From the IMG/VR virus record IMGVR_UViG_3300035157_000753, positions 23,201 to 87,200 of that record: a stretch of 64,000 nucleotides of DNA; one strand, written 5' to 3'. The notes below the pieces were generated by a model. That model was not told the origin of the DNA. It saw only the letters and a list, made by a program, of their open reading frames with translations, and made no database searches. The stretch's first letter is position 1, and each line of letters begins with the position of its first letter. Source of the stretch: a virus. Position numbers and translations under genes: made by a program. This document shows positions 19,873 through 28,357 of the stretch, one piece after another.

Positions 19873-21756
19873 TTAATTATAGCTGGACTCTGGTACAACT
19901 CCCGTACCAGATAGGTTTGAACCGCTACTGATAGTGTCTTCTACAACACTAACTGTCGTATTATCTATACCTAATGTCAAATAGGTTTCACGCAAAGAAA
20001 CAAGGTCATTAGATTCTGGAACTGCTGAAAGTTGAAGAATATTACCTGATGTTATTGTATTTGAAATTATTATGTCATTAATGACAATTTCACCCATAGT
20101 GTAATCAACAGTACCTACGTCAGCAGTACTGTATTCAAATGCACCAGTATCTTTAATGTAATAAAGTCTCAATTTACCAGCTCCATCATCATTGATGAAG
20201 TAAGTATTAACATTATCACCCTGAATTCTAAATCCTGAAGAGGAAACCGTGGGTTCTGTCGAGGTTCCTTGGTTAATTCTGTTACCATAACAGATTTTAT
20301 AGTTCACACGAGCGTTTAAATCAACTGTTACGTTCTTTCTCATCTTGAGACGAGTGATATTCGATGTAACTGAGGTATCTGCACCGTCAATTATACTCTG
20401 AAGTTTAGAGTATTTGAACTTTCCACCAAATTTATTGAATTCAGACCCTGTGTTAAGCGCAGTTAATGTTGCAATAACTGCAGTTTTAACTTCTTCTTGG
20501 GATTTACGTGTAATATTAGGGTTAAAATACACAAAACTGTTCATATCGATGTATAAAATCGATGGATCAATGATAGAAGGCTGAATCGCAGCAACAGAAT
20601 ACTCTCTGAGCTTCTTCAAAACGACATTTTTCTCTGCAAGAGATAATTTATCCGCATTTTTTGGTTTAATTGCCAAAAATACCTTCCCATATTCAGGAGG
20701 ATCCGCTTCTTCACCACCATAACATGCAATTGAAGCGACATTTGGATAAATTTGAGGAACAATTGCCTCATAATCCTGCGTTGAGACTGCTCTACCGAAT
20801 GCAGAGTAGAATTTAGGCGCAGAAAACTTGATTCCTTCCTTAGTTTCCGCTGGAGCACCACCTTCAGGACGTTTATCCAACGTAATAGTGATTCCAGAGG
20901 TCAAAGAATTCGCTTCATCGTCTAAAAATGTTCCAATATTAGTGAAAGTGAGCAATCCATTAGCTCCAGTTCCACTAGAAGTGGTATAAGTGACGCTAAT
21001 TACATCACCATTGAGCAAATCTTTACCAATTGTACCATCACCAAACATAATTTCAGGTCTTCCATACTCAGATTCTTCTAAAAAGAAGACTTTTGATGAA
21101 GAATTAATCTTAGTGATGTCTGTTGCTTGCAAATAACGCTCTGTGACAGTACCAGAAGTGACCTGAACCTTCATTACAGAGGTGTCTGCATCAGTATTTG
21201 TAAGAATAAAGCGTTGTCTTTCGGAAGTATTACGTACAAATGTGTCTGTTAAGTAAACACCTTCATAAACTATGAGACCTGCAAAGGTTGCAATACCAGT
21301 TGTACTGTCTACAGATACCGTAACATCAGATGGAATAGAGAAAACAAAGTTATTATTGTCTAGTCCAGTGAAATTTAGTACCAATCCTTGTGAAATTGTA
21401 ACAGTTTTTGGATATCCTTTTGTAATTACACCCTGTGAATTGGTTGTAACATTAGTTTGAACCTGAATTGTAACAGTTGCTTGGGAAGAACGAGATGATT
21501 TTGGTGTATAACCAAGCATTCTTGCCAATTTTACGACATTTTCACGTAAAACTGCGGTCTCTAGGAACCCTTCATTAACTGCAAGGTTGGCATTTACACT
21601 AGTGTAATAGGTATTATATGCTAAAGTATCAATCAGTACAGTCAATGATGACCCTTCAAAGTCATAATCACTAAACTCTGATTGTGCTGTTAGATAATTT
21701 TTAATCTGTGCCTTGATTTCGTTGAACTCAAGTGCATTTACCTGCTTAAATGCCAT
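19873..21756 (-). CDS. gp6: Baseplate wedge subunit gp6
   Basis: FSDYDFEGSSLTVLIDTLAYNTYY, RAVSTQDY, GGEEADPPEYGKVF. Confidence 0.95.
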   Translation of the reverse strand: MAFKQVNALEFNEIKAQIKNYLTAQSEFSDYDFEGSSLTVLIDTLAYNTYYTSVNANLAVNEGFLETAVLRENVVKLARMLGYTPKSSRSSQATVTIQVQTNVTTNSQGVITKGYPKTVTISQGLVLNFTGLDNNNFVFSIPSDVTVSVDSTTGIATFAGLIVYEGVYLTDTFVRNTSERQRFILTNTDADTSVMKVQVTSGTVTERYLQATDITKINSSSKVFFLEESEYGRPEIMFGDGTIGKDLLNGDVISVTYTTSSGTGANGLLTFTNIGTFLDDEANSLTSGITITLDKRPEGGAPAETKEGIKFSAPKFYSAFGRAVSTQDYEAIVPQIYPNVASIACYGGEEADPPEYGKVFLAIKPKNADKLSLAEKNVVLKKLREYSVAAIQPSIIDPSILYIDMNSFVYFNPNITRKSQEEVKTAVIATLTALNTGSEFNKFGGKFKYSKLQSIIDGADTSVTSNITRLKMRKNVTVDLNARVNYKICYGNRINQGTSTEPTVSSSGFRIQGDNVNTYFINDDGAGKLRLYYIKDTGAFEYSTADVGTVDYTMGEIVINDIIISNTITSGNILQLSAVPESNDLVSLRETYLTLGIDNTTVSVVEDTISSGSNLSGTGVVPESSYN

Positions 21757-22145
21757 TATGGTTTCAATGCAACTTCTACTGAATCTTGTATAGGAGGAAT
21801 TCCAAGTATAATGTATTCAATTGAAACGTCTAATTGGTTACGATTCTCTTCCCACTTAGTGTAAACGTCAAGGACTGCTACCCTAGGTTCGTGAATATTG
21901 ATCGCATCTGATAGACGCTCCGTTATTTCATTCTCAAGATCAGGACTAGCATTCTCAAATAACAGCCCTATAATATTGCCACCAAAGAAAGGATCGAATG
22001 GTTTCTCATAAAAATTATATAATACTATATTTTTCACGCTAGCCTTGATGGCTGATTCATTAGTCAGTGCCAAAACATCGTTTGTCACTGCATTCTTTTC
22101 AAAAGTCAAGCTGAAGTCACGGAAAGACTTCGATGTAATTGCCAT
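21756..22145 (-). CDS. gp25: Baseplate wedge subunit gp25
   Basis: AIKASVKNIV..EKPFDPFFG..HEPRV; directly upstream of gp6. Confidence 0.93.
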   Translation of the reverse strand: MAITSKSFRDFSLTFEKNAVTNDVLALTNESAIKASVKNIVLYNFYEKPFDPFFGGNIIGLLFENASPDLENEITERLSDAINIHEPRVAVLDVYTKWEENRNQLDVSIEYIILGIPPIQDSVEVALKP

Positions 22146-22169
22146 CCTTTACGGAATTAACCTTCTTTA

Positions 22170-22177
22170 TATTTATA
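22170..22177 (-). promoter_or_regulatory. T4-type late promoter TATAAATA
   Basis: Exact consensus about 25 nt upstream of gp25. Confidence 0.8.
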
Positions 22178-22185
22178 CCTGTTAT

Positions 22186-22479
22186 TCAGACTTGATAGAA
22201 AGTGTACTTCAAGAAGAGCTCTTGACCCTTTTTAATTGGTTTAGTGGTCATCATATGATATATCTTACCCCATCCCTCATCTTTATATCCTTTAACGCAG
22301 TTGGGATCATTACTATGATTCACAAAACCACCTAAAGGAGTTCTCATAATCTCTTCATCCACCACAACATGTGATATACCAAGATAGATGTTGTCTGGTA
22401 TATCCTCTTTAGCAAAAATGCCCTGTCCTGCGACAGGGCTATCTTTGATGTGTAGGCACTTGGGTAATGCTTGATACAT
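22186..22479 (-). CDS. Minimal SET-domain methyltransferase
   Basis: SET motifs G.GIFA, FVNHSNDPNC and IKKGQELFLKY. Confidence 0.85.
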   Translation of the reverse strand: MYQALPKCLHIKDSPVAGQGIFAKEDIPDNIYLGISHVVVDEEIMRTPLGGFVNHSNDPNCVKGYKDEGWGKIYHMMTTKPIKKGQELFLKYTFYQV

Positions 22480-22628
22480 TATCTGCCCTGTCCCCTATAT
22501 CTCTTCTTTGCACTATTACGACTGGTAGCAGAGAACTTACTATGTTGACCTCTACCTTGTCTTGTTTTCTTGGGGATTGCTTCCATTTTTGAGGAAGTAC
22601 CAAATCCACCTGCCTTAGTCTTTGCCAT
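22479..22628 (-). CDS. 49-aa Lys/Arg-rich basic protein
   Basis: Manual translation MAKTKAGGFGTSSKMEAIPKKTRQGRGQHSKFSATSRNSAKKRYRGQGR; its TAA overlaps the SET ATG. Confidence 0.75.
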   Translation of the reverse strand: MAKTKAGGFGTSSKMEAIPKKTRQGRGQHSKFSATSRNSAKKRYRGQGR

Positions 22629-22630
22629 AA

Positions 22631-22918
22631 TTAACCTGCGAATACGTTAGATGATCCTTCAGCGACTGATGTACAGCCACTTATTGCATCTCCTATTCTA
22701 CCACATCCTTTGCCATTTACAAATACGGTTGTACTTCCTGTAGCAATTGGTGCAGAATGAGATGGACAAGGAACACCTGGTTTAAGATGTCCAGTGTTCA
22801 CATCACCCTGACGAGAAATAGGAATACAATTAGCAAAGACATTACCAGACCCTTCTGCTCTGACCATACCAGAACAATGTGATACGTCTGCGTCTCCTAC
22901 TCTAGTTACGGCTGGCAT
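22631..22918 (-). CDS. PAAR spike-tip protein (gp5.4-like)
   Basis: MPAVTRVGD..GSGNVFAN..GSTTVFVNGK..RIGD..GSSNVFAG with Cys/His metal ligands. Confidence 0.9.
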   Translation of the reverse strand: MPAVTRVGDADVSHCSGMVRAEGSGNVFANCIPISRQGDVNTGHLKPGVPCPSHSAPIATGSTTVFVNGKGCGRIGDAISGCTSVAEGSSNVFAG

Positions 22919-23168
22919 TTTCACTACCTCCTATATTACAGTCTAGATCATTATGACAGTTCTCTGATCCACCAATAGCAAATGGATTATGATATGCTGT
23001 AGCAATCCTGTACATCTTCTCATGCATTGTTATCTCTTCTTCAGGGGGATCAGGTGGTTCATATTCACTAGGTGCAGTATCTTCCCAATCAAATGCTGCA
23101 GCTATCTCTTCTTCAGGTCTAGGTGGATCATCAAACCAGTCATCATGTACTATACGTGGATAAGTCAT
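22902..23168 (-). CDS. Hypothetical acidic protein
   Basis: 88-aa ORF packed in the operon. Confidence 0.6.
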   Translation of the reverse strand: MTYPRIVHDDWFDDPPRPEEEIAAAFDWEDTAPSEYEPPDPPEEEITMHEKMYRIATAYHNPFAIGGSENCHNDLDCNIGGSENASRN

Positions 23169-23665
23169 TAGTTGTAATAAGTGTCAATAAGGGATCGCAT
23201 ACCTTCCCATGAGTTATTTATTTTCATGGTAAGGGTAAAGGATTCAGGTGTCTGAGCCGCGTTATTCAATTCATAAGATACAACAATAGTAAACGTCTTA
23301 GTCGTATATGCAGTCATATCTTGGTTAATGGTATAAACAACCTTACCTGCAGGTAGGTTATCTGCACCTGTAACAGTAGTAGAGCTCATCGTATTTGTTG
23401 ATTCCCCTGAGCAGGGAGCTGTATCAAGATATGTGAATGTATCTGAAAAGGGGTCAGCAAAAGACCCTGTAATCGACACAGAGGTTGTACCTGGTGTGAT
23501 TACAAGGTTAGGTTCTGTTCCATCTACTGAAGCAGTTACATTCGTTATCGTCTCATTAACGGCATCATCTGTAGATGCTGTTACTGTCTGATTGATTGTA
23601 AACGTTGGTCTAGTCCTATCTGGTATAGACCATGGTTCAGCAAATGGTGAAACAGAGATTGTCAT
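23168..23665 (-). CDS. Hypothetical Thr-rich, probably structural protein
   Basis: 165-aa ORF overlapping both neighbours, downstream of a late-promoter-like site. Confidence 0.65.
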   Translation of the reverse strand: MTISVSPFAEPWSIPDRTRPTFTINQTVTASTDDAVNETITNVTASVDGTEPNLVITPGTTSVSITGSFADPFSDTFTYLDTAPCSGESTNTMSSTTVTGADNLPAGKVVYTINQDMTAYTTKTFTIVVSYELNNAAQTPESFTLTMKINNSWEGMRSLIDTYYN

Positions 23666-23868
23666 TTCGTCTCTCTAGTCATCAATTCTTGTAAGTAGTC
23701 TGCATACTTGGACATAGCATTATGCTGTGCCTCAGTATGTGGAGGTTCTGGAGAACTAGGGGCAAACTTAATAAGATGATCAAACGAAGCAGGTAAATCC
23801 CTTGCTCTGTTATGCCTTATCGTTTCTCCATTAACCTTAATAATGAATTCTCCTTCCAATTCGTCCAT
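23662..23868 (-). CDS. Conserved-type hypothetical protein
   Basis: 68 aa, FDHLIKFAP..PEPPHT. Confidence 0.65.
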   Translation of the reverse strand: MDELEGEFIIKVNGETIRHNRARDLPASFDHLIKFAPSSPEPPHTEAQHNAMSKYADYLQELMTRETK

Positions 23869-23881
23869 AGTTTTTTGATGC

Positions 23882-23889
23882 TATTTAGA
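23882..23889 (-). promoter_or_regulatory. Late promoter variant TCTAAATA
   Basis: Lies just upstream of the 23868 ATG at the head of the structural operon. Confidence 0.5.
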
Positions 23890-23924
23890 GATCCCTTCGC
23901 GATTTTGGACGCGAATTTTTGCGT

Positions 23925-24044
23925 TCAACTACGCGATTTTTTAACCTCTAAGGATTTTTCCCACTCTCTAATCATATACTCAAGTTCTTTAATTCTCCCC
24001 TGAGCAGTCTTAATCTTTTCCTCTAAGTAATTATTGGTTTGCAT
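23925..24044 (-). CDS. 39-aa hypothetical coiled-coil protein
   Basis: Manual translation MQTNNYLEEKIKTAQGRIKELEYMIREWEKSLEVKKSRS. Confidence 0.5.
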   Translation of the reverse strand: MQTNNYLEEKIKTAQGRIKELEYMIREWEKSLEVKKSRS

Positions 24045-24291
24045 TTAAAGGTGGCTCAGGGGGTGGCATTGGTTCTTCAAAGTGTAATCCAGATTGTGTC
24101 CATGATTCAGACACTGGACCTTGCTCAATCTCTTGATTAATGTTTCTAATCTGCTTCTCATGATCGCACACAACATCGACGAGTTTCTCATATTCAGATG
24201 TAGGTGTTCTCTTCATCATTAGAAGACTATTCGAGACCTTATGTTCGAGTGCTGTGATTCTAGCGAGAAGTTCTTCGTTTGATAAACTCAT
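24031..24291 (-). CDS. Hypothetical protein
   Basis: 86-aa ORF in operon. Confidence 0.6.
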   Translation of the reverse strand: MSLSNEELLARITALEHKVSNSLLMMKRTPTSEYEKLVDVVCDHEKQIRNINQEIEQGPVSESWTQSGLHFEEPMPPPEPPLNANQ

Positions 24292-24442
24292 AATTCCTAA
24301 TCAATACGTTGTGGGTGTCAATGGTATTTACCAATGTTTCAATTTGTGCTTCGAGTTCGGTTACTCTTTCTTTGAGATCACTCACTTGTGAGTAACTTAT
24401 AGTCTGTTGATATCTCTCTGATGAAAAATAATCACCTGACAT
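24260..24442 (-). CDS. Hypothetical coiled-coil protein
   Basis: 60-aa ORF in operon. Confidence 0.55.
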   Translation of the reverse strand: MSGDYFSSERYQQTISYSQVSDLKERVTELEAQIETLVNTIDTHNVLIRNYEFIKRRTSR

Positions 24443-24638
24443 GTAATTCCTCCTTGTCTATGAACCTCTCTTGTAGATCATAGTTCAATCTCCAGTTCTC
24501 TGTATTGACATAATAACCAGTTATGCCATTACCATCGCAGTTATATCCATATCCTGTCACACGTTCTCTACATCCGTCAAGGTCGAAAGTCTTACCGCTG
24601 GTAAGATAGTCGTGGTACTTAGCGTCTAGTGTGATCAT
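24432..24638 (-). CDS. Hypothetical protein (start MITLDAKY)
   Basis: Start reassigned to lie downstream of the sigma70 promoter. Confidence 0.65.
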   Translation of the reverse strand: MITLDAKYHDYLTSGKTFDLDGCRERVTGYGYNCDGNGITGYYVNTENWRLNYDLQERFIDKEELHVR

Positions 24639-24675
24639 TGGCTGAGAGAAGAGAGGGCGTAATTTATATATTAAT

Positions 24676-24704
24676 ATTATACCGAAACCCTCACATAAAG
24701 TCAA
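24676..24704 (-). promoter_or_regulatory. Sigma70-like early promoter
   Basis: TTGACT-17-TATAAT. Confidence 0.8.
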
Positions 24705-24860
24705 TGGGCACTTCACAGTTTTTACAAACTCTTAAGACGTTCTTTATATTTGAAAGGGTCTGGGGGATTTTTTGGGAAAATTTTTTATTTTGTTTCACGC
24801 TCGCTCATGCAAGACTTTATAGCTTAGAAAGCGTATGGATGTTAAGCTATGGGGGGCATG

Positions 24861-24882
24861 AAAAAACCCCCACTAGGGGGGT
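24861..24882 (-). terminator. Intrinsic terminator
   Basis: ACCCCC-CTAGT-GGGGGT followed by a T run, after the 24899 stop. Confidence 0.7.
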
Positions 24883-24898
24883 AGTGCCTCCGAGTGCC

Positions 24899-25054
24899 TC
24901 AGCGAATGTGCGGTGGGGCGATCTCGGCACGCCATCCAAGTCTTCCAAAGTCTTCTAAGATCTGAATGGCAGACTCATAAGTTGGAAAACTGATGAGTCT
25001 TGGATTTTGTTGCTGGTTTGTCCAGTAACGAACCTTTGTGCTGTTTTTGGTCAT
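24899..25054 (-). CDS. 51-aa hypothetical early protein
   Basis: Manual translation MTKNSTKVRYWTNQQQNPRLISFPTYESAIQILEDFGRLGWRAEIAPPHIR; followed by a terminator. Confidence 0.55.
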   Translation of the reverse strand: MTKNSTKVRYWTNQQQNPRLISFPTYESAIQILEDFGRLGWRAEIAPPHIR

Positions 25055-25135
25055 GTTGAGAATAAGGGTCAGAATTCAGGAAATAATAACGGATGAAAGA
25101 ATCATGCTTAAGCAGATCATAAGTTGATGCGTTCA

Positions 25136-25321
25136 TCATGCGTTCACTTCCATCCATTTGAATTCTGCCTCAGTGCCGACCTTCCATATGGTCATCGCTT
25201 CCATTTGATCAGTTGCCCAATCTAATGCGATGTCCTGTATGCGGTCGAATGAATGACCAAACTCTGCATTTGCTTTGAGTTCGTTGCCCCATGCTGAGGG
25301 TTGGACTGCCCAAGATGTCAT
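25136..25321 (-). CDS. Hypothetical early protein (start MTSWAVQP)
   Basis: ORF track entry with start trimmed. Confidence 0.6.
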   Translation of the reverse strand: MTSWAVQPSAWGNELKANAEFGHSFDRIQDIALDWATDQMEAMTIWKVGTEAEFKWMEVNA

Positions 25322-25362
25322 AGTGAAAAACCTCATGTGAAAAATGGATAATGGAAAGGCGA

Positions 25363-25548
25363 TCAGTGACGATCGCTTATATTCCATGCTTCGCCGAGTG
25401 AGTGGGACTTGAATTGAAATCCGTCCTCTGCGAGTTTGGTCAATGCTGCCATCACTGCCGCATCTTTGGTTGCTGCTTCGTTCATAAGAACAGCACCGCC
25501 GAATGCGGGGCGAAGATCAGAATTGAACATTGGTTGTTTGTTTGACAT
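25363..25548 (-). CDS. Hypothetical early protein, probably leaderless
   Basis: TGCTATAAT, 6 nt, then ATG. Confidence 0.65.
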   Translation of the reverse strand: MSNKQPMFNSDLRPAFGGAVLMNEAATKDAAVMAALTKLAEDGFQFKSHSLGEAWNISDRH

Positions 25549-25739
25549 GCCTTAATTATAGCAGATGGGCATGAGGGGGAAACGGGTAGGGGTGAACTCT
25601 TAACAATCTGTTGTAAAAATTCCAGCCGTCCCACTAGTACATATGTGCTATGCTTCCAAGGCGCATATAATGAAAATGAAAACTCCCCGAATGAAATGTC
25701 CGAGGAGTCGGGTCTTGGATTTTTTGGGTTTGGGTTTGG

Positions 25740-26054
25740 TCACGTGAATACGAGATCAGCGAGCGACGTGGTAGAATATAGAACACAGTCTTGGCGAAAC
25801 TGCTTTTTGTAACGTTGCCCGACCTCATGAAGATTTTTGATCATGCGATCTGCACCCGCTGTTCTTTCATCCACGGTGATTGAAATAGTCATGCATTCTT
25901 CCAAATCGCCTTTGTAAATTCCAACCCCTTCCGTGATCGTTGCGAAATCCAAAAGAGAGCAAACCTCATCTTTCAAAAACTGATTCCACATTTGACGGGT
26001 CACGGTGCCTGAGTTTGGGATGTTGCGACCTAGGGTGATGCTGTGGGTTTGCAT
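25740..26054 (-). CDS. DUF3574-like hypothetical protein (start MQTHSITLGRN)
   Basis: LGRNIP..W.QFL..EV..TI.EG.G.Y..YK.QF.QDCVL pattern; TATAAT upstream. Confidence 0.6.
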   Translation of the reverse strand: MQTHSITLGRNIPNSGTVTRQMWNQFLKDEVCSLLDFATITEGVGIYKGDLEECMTISITVDERTAGADRMIKNLHEVGQRYKKQFRQDCVLYSTTSLADLVFT

Positions 26055-26243
26055 AAAGCAGAAATCCTCTGAACTAGTTCCATTATAAACCCCGTGGATA
26101 TCGATTTCCATATAGGGTGTGCCACTATGTCAACTGGTCAGGGCAGCCGTTTTTTTGTTTCATTATGTTACGCTTCGCCGCTGCATCTGATTTTGTCAAG
26201 CGATCCTCTGTATAATATGAGAGTACAAAACGCCAGCATCCAA

Positions 26244-26531
26244 ATGCCAGCATCCGCTAAGTCTGCTCCCGTCTCAACCGTTGCTCCTAAAAAACCAGCA
26301 CGTAAGACCAGAGCACGCAAAGCACCCGCCGCCCCTCGCACTCGCAAAGCAGCGGCAACCCCTCAACCTCAAACCCCAAAGGTCGAAATGGTTGAACTCA
26401 AATCCATTTTCAAGGATTACCCTCGTGACGGATTTGCTCTTATCCTCCTTCCCGTTCTACTCTTGGAAGCAATGGTTAAGGAAATTCTACCCGTCCTCGG
26501 CAGAATAAAAGTTCCTACCTCATTCGGATAA
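26244..26531 (+). CDS. Basic Pro/Ala/Lys/Arg-rich protein with a hydrophobic C-terminal segment
   Basis: Start placed after TGTATAAT (~26209-26216); followed by a terminator. Confidence 0.6.
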   Translation: MPASAKSAPVSTVAPKKPARKTRARKAPAAPRTRKAAATPQPQTPKVEMVELKSIFKDYPRDGFALILLPVLLLEAMVKEILPVLGRIKVPTSFG

Positions 26532-26538
26532 ATCACCT

Positions 26539-26561
26539 GACCCCGTAAGGGGTCTTTTTTT
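26539..26561 (+). terminator. Intrinsic terminator
   Basis: GACCCC-GTAA-GGGGTC then TTTTTTT. Confidence 0.85.
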
Positions 26562-26568
26562 ATGGATT

Positions 26569-26637
26569 CCGGCCGCCCGTGGACAGTTGGATTAGTGGCA
26601 CAAGAGACCTTCCATTGGGTCGGATTTGCCCTATACT
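26569..26637 (+). promoter_or_regulatory. Early promoter with palindromic upstream box
   Basis: CCGGCCGCC, GGACAGTT-N4-TAGTGGCAC, then TTCCAT-16-TATACT. Confidence 0.65.
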
Positions 26638-26666
26638 TAAGAAGTCAACCAAAGCGATTCATTTTA

Positions 26667-26924
26667 ATGATCCTCAGACAACTCGGATCCAATCAGACCG
26701 AACTTTCTTTGAATAACGGAACCTCGTTATTTTTCTCCTACGAAACTCCCGTTGCTGGATTCTCTCCTGACTTGGGTTGGTTCAAAACCTCAACCTATTA
26801 TTCACGGACGACATCCAAGCACATCAACCAGTATTTCAAGCACGCTCCTAAAGACAAAATCAGAATTGTTTCAGATGATGTCATTTCCGAGATGTGTCAT
26901 CCAGACGATCGAATCAAGGTGTAG
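26667..26924 (+). CDS. Conserved-type phage hypothetical protein (start MILRQLGSNQTE)
   Basis: FSYETPVA..YSRTTSKHINQY motif. Confidence 0.7.
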   Translation: MILRQLGSNQTELSLNNGTSLFFSYETPVAGFSPDLGWFKTSTYYSRTTSKHINQYFKHAPKDKIRIVSDDVISEMCHPDDRIKV

Positions 26925-26933
26925 AATGTAGGT

Positions 26934-27089
26934 ATGAGAAATCTACAAATCACCGAATCTGAAGAAGAAGTCCTTGCTCAAATGGCGGTCTTCTTCTTCG
27001 ACTGCGGAATCCCTGATCACTTCGATCAGGACGCTTTCAATTCTCTCTTTGAGAAAATCACCGAACCTTCACCCTTCGATTATGTCTGA
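26934..27089 (+). CDS. 51-aa acidic hypothetical protein, probably leaderless
   Basis: TAGAAT, 6 nt, ATG; MRNLQITESEEEVLAQMAVFFFD.. Confidence 0.6.
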   Translation: MRNLQITESEEEVLAQMAVFFFDCGIPDHFDQDAFNSLFEKITEPSPFDYV

Positions 27090-27219
27090 AACCTACCTTG
27101 AAGATCTAGCAGAGGCAATCTTCGACCAAATCGTCACCGAGAATTTCAAAGACCTCACCAAATCAGAAGAGGCACTCATTTATGAAATTGCGTGTGATCG
27201 AGCATATGAGGGAGTCTAG
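27082..27219 (+). CDS. 45-aa acidic hypothetical protein
   Basis: MSETYLEDLAEAIFDQ..; followed by a terminator. Confidence 0.6.
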   Translation: MSETYLEDLAEAIFDQIVTENFKDLTKSEEALIYEIACDRAYEGV

Positions 27220-27232
27220 CACTCCCTTTTTT
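27210..27232 (+). terminator. Intrinsic terminator
   Basis: GGGAGT-CTAGC-ACTCCC then TTTTTT. Confidence 0.75.
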
Positions 27233-27259
27233 CCTGTCCCATTATTTTAAAAGAACACT

Positions 27260-27757
27260 ATGCCAAATTGGTGCAATAACAGACTCACAGTCTCAGGCGA
27301 AAATACTGCAGACGTTCAAAAGGTCAAATCCTTCTTTGAAAGCGATTCCCCATTTGCTGAAATCTACCCCGAACCCGATTGGTCAAAAATCCCACTCGCT
27401 GAGGATGACCTTAAATATCTTGGGCGACAGCGTGGCGAGGTTGGTGAACTCCCAGTCTATAAAGAATACAAATCCCCAAACGGCGAGGTTTGCCATAGGG
27501 GTTTAGAATTTGCGTCCACAGGAAATCAGGACGATCGCTGGTATAATTGGCGGTGCTATCATTGGGACACAAAATGGGACATCAACCGAGACCATATAGA
27601 ATGGGGTGATGAGGATGACGATTATTTCGTTTGCCATTTTGACACGGCATGGAGTCCACCAGAGGGCATCATTCACAAATTACGTGAAATGTTCCCTGAC
27701 CTCGGCATCTCATTATTTTATGATGAACCAGGAATGGAAATTGCTGGGTACGTCTAA
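27260..27757 (+). CDS. DUF1281/YubB-like ferredoxin-fold protein
   Basis: MPNWCNN.L, WYNWR..HWDTKWD, FDTAWSPP, YDEPGM..AG. Confidence 0.8.
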   Translation: MPNWCNNRLTVSGENTADVQKVKSFFESDSPFAEIYPEPDWSKIPLAEDDLKYLGRQRGEVGELPVYKEYKSPNGEVCHRGLEFASTGNQDDRWYNWRCYHWDTKWDINRDHIEWGDEDDDYFVCHFDTAWSPPEGIIHKLREMFPDLGISLFYDEPGMEIAGYV

Positions 27758-27924
27758 TGAACCAATTTAGAATCGAATGCTCTGAGGTCAACTACTTCAC
27801 AGTTCTTGTTGAAGCAGAGACCGAAGAGCAAGCGAGGGAACTTGCCCACGCAAATATAAATGGATTCCCTGTTGAAATGGAATACGTCTCCGAATGGACG
27901 ATTGAGTCAGTAGAAGAACTCTAA
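27757..27924 (+). CDS. 55-aa hypothetical protein (DpnD/PcfM-like)
   Basis: Manual translation contains VEAETEEQARELA. Confidence 0.55.
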   Translation: MNQFRIECSEVNYFTVLVEAETEEQARELAHANINGFPVEMEYVSEWTIESVEEL

Positions 27925-27929
27925 AAAAT

Positions 27930-27997
27930 CCGGCCGCCGATGGACAGTTGAGAGACTGTCCATTTTTTCCCCCATGGGGTCGATTTTCATGTAATAT
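27930..27997 (+). promoter_or_regulatory. Early promoter with perfect palindromic box
   Basis: CCGGCCGCC, ATGGACAGT-N6-ACTGTCCAT, then TAATAT 6 nt before an ATG. Confidence 0.6.
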
Positions 27998-28003
27998 AAG
28001 AGT

Positions 28004-28180
28004 ATGAAATTCAACGACCAATTCACGATCACTCTCACCTCAGCACAGCACGATTTGCTGACATCCATTTTCAGTTCACTCGCTGATCTGGATTTGCCAC
28101 CCGCTGAGGATGACCAATTCGACTCCCTCTGGGATCAGGTCATAAACGCTGAACACAAAATCATCACTGAGGAATCATGA
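28004..28180 (+). CDS. 58-aa acidic hypothetical protein
   Basis: Manual translation MKFNDQFTITLTSAQHDLL.. Confidence 0.55.
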   Translation: MKFNDQFTITLTSAQHDLLTSIFSSLADLDLPPAEDDQFDSLWDQVINAEHKIITEES

Positions 28181-28344
28181 GCATCATTTCTGAATTTTAC
28201 GGCGGTCTGCTAGAAAAGGGTTACACTGAGCGAGAAATTCGTGAGAGTGCCCAAAGACACCAGACCCGAACCGCGCCAGATTGGTTCAACGGAACCTATG
28301 AAGAATATCTGGACAAAATGCACGATTTTCTAAACGGGATTTAA
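28177..28344 (+). CDS. 55-aa hypothetical protein
   Basis: ATGA overlap; MSIISEFYGGLLEKGY..; followed by a terminator. Confidence 0.6.
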   Translation: MSIISEFYGGLLEKGYTEREIRESAQRHQTRTAPDWFNGTYEEYLDKMHDFLNGI

Positions 28345-28357
28345 CTCCCGTTTTTTT
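28332..28357 (+). terminator. Intrinsic terminator
   Basis: ACGGGA-TTTAAC-TCCCGT then a T run. Confidence 0.75.

Noticed and set aside
1211-21460. Short plus-strand and alternate-frame ORFs (e.g. 1211, 1957, 10788, 17499, 19275, 21272)
   Set aside because: Shadows of long minus-strand structural genes, with no expression signals or recognisable motifs
24638-24958. 106-aa plus-strand ORF
   Set aside because: Spans a minus-strand promoter, homopolymer tracts and a terminator; the translation is not protein-like
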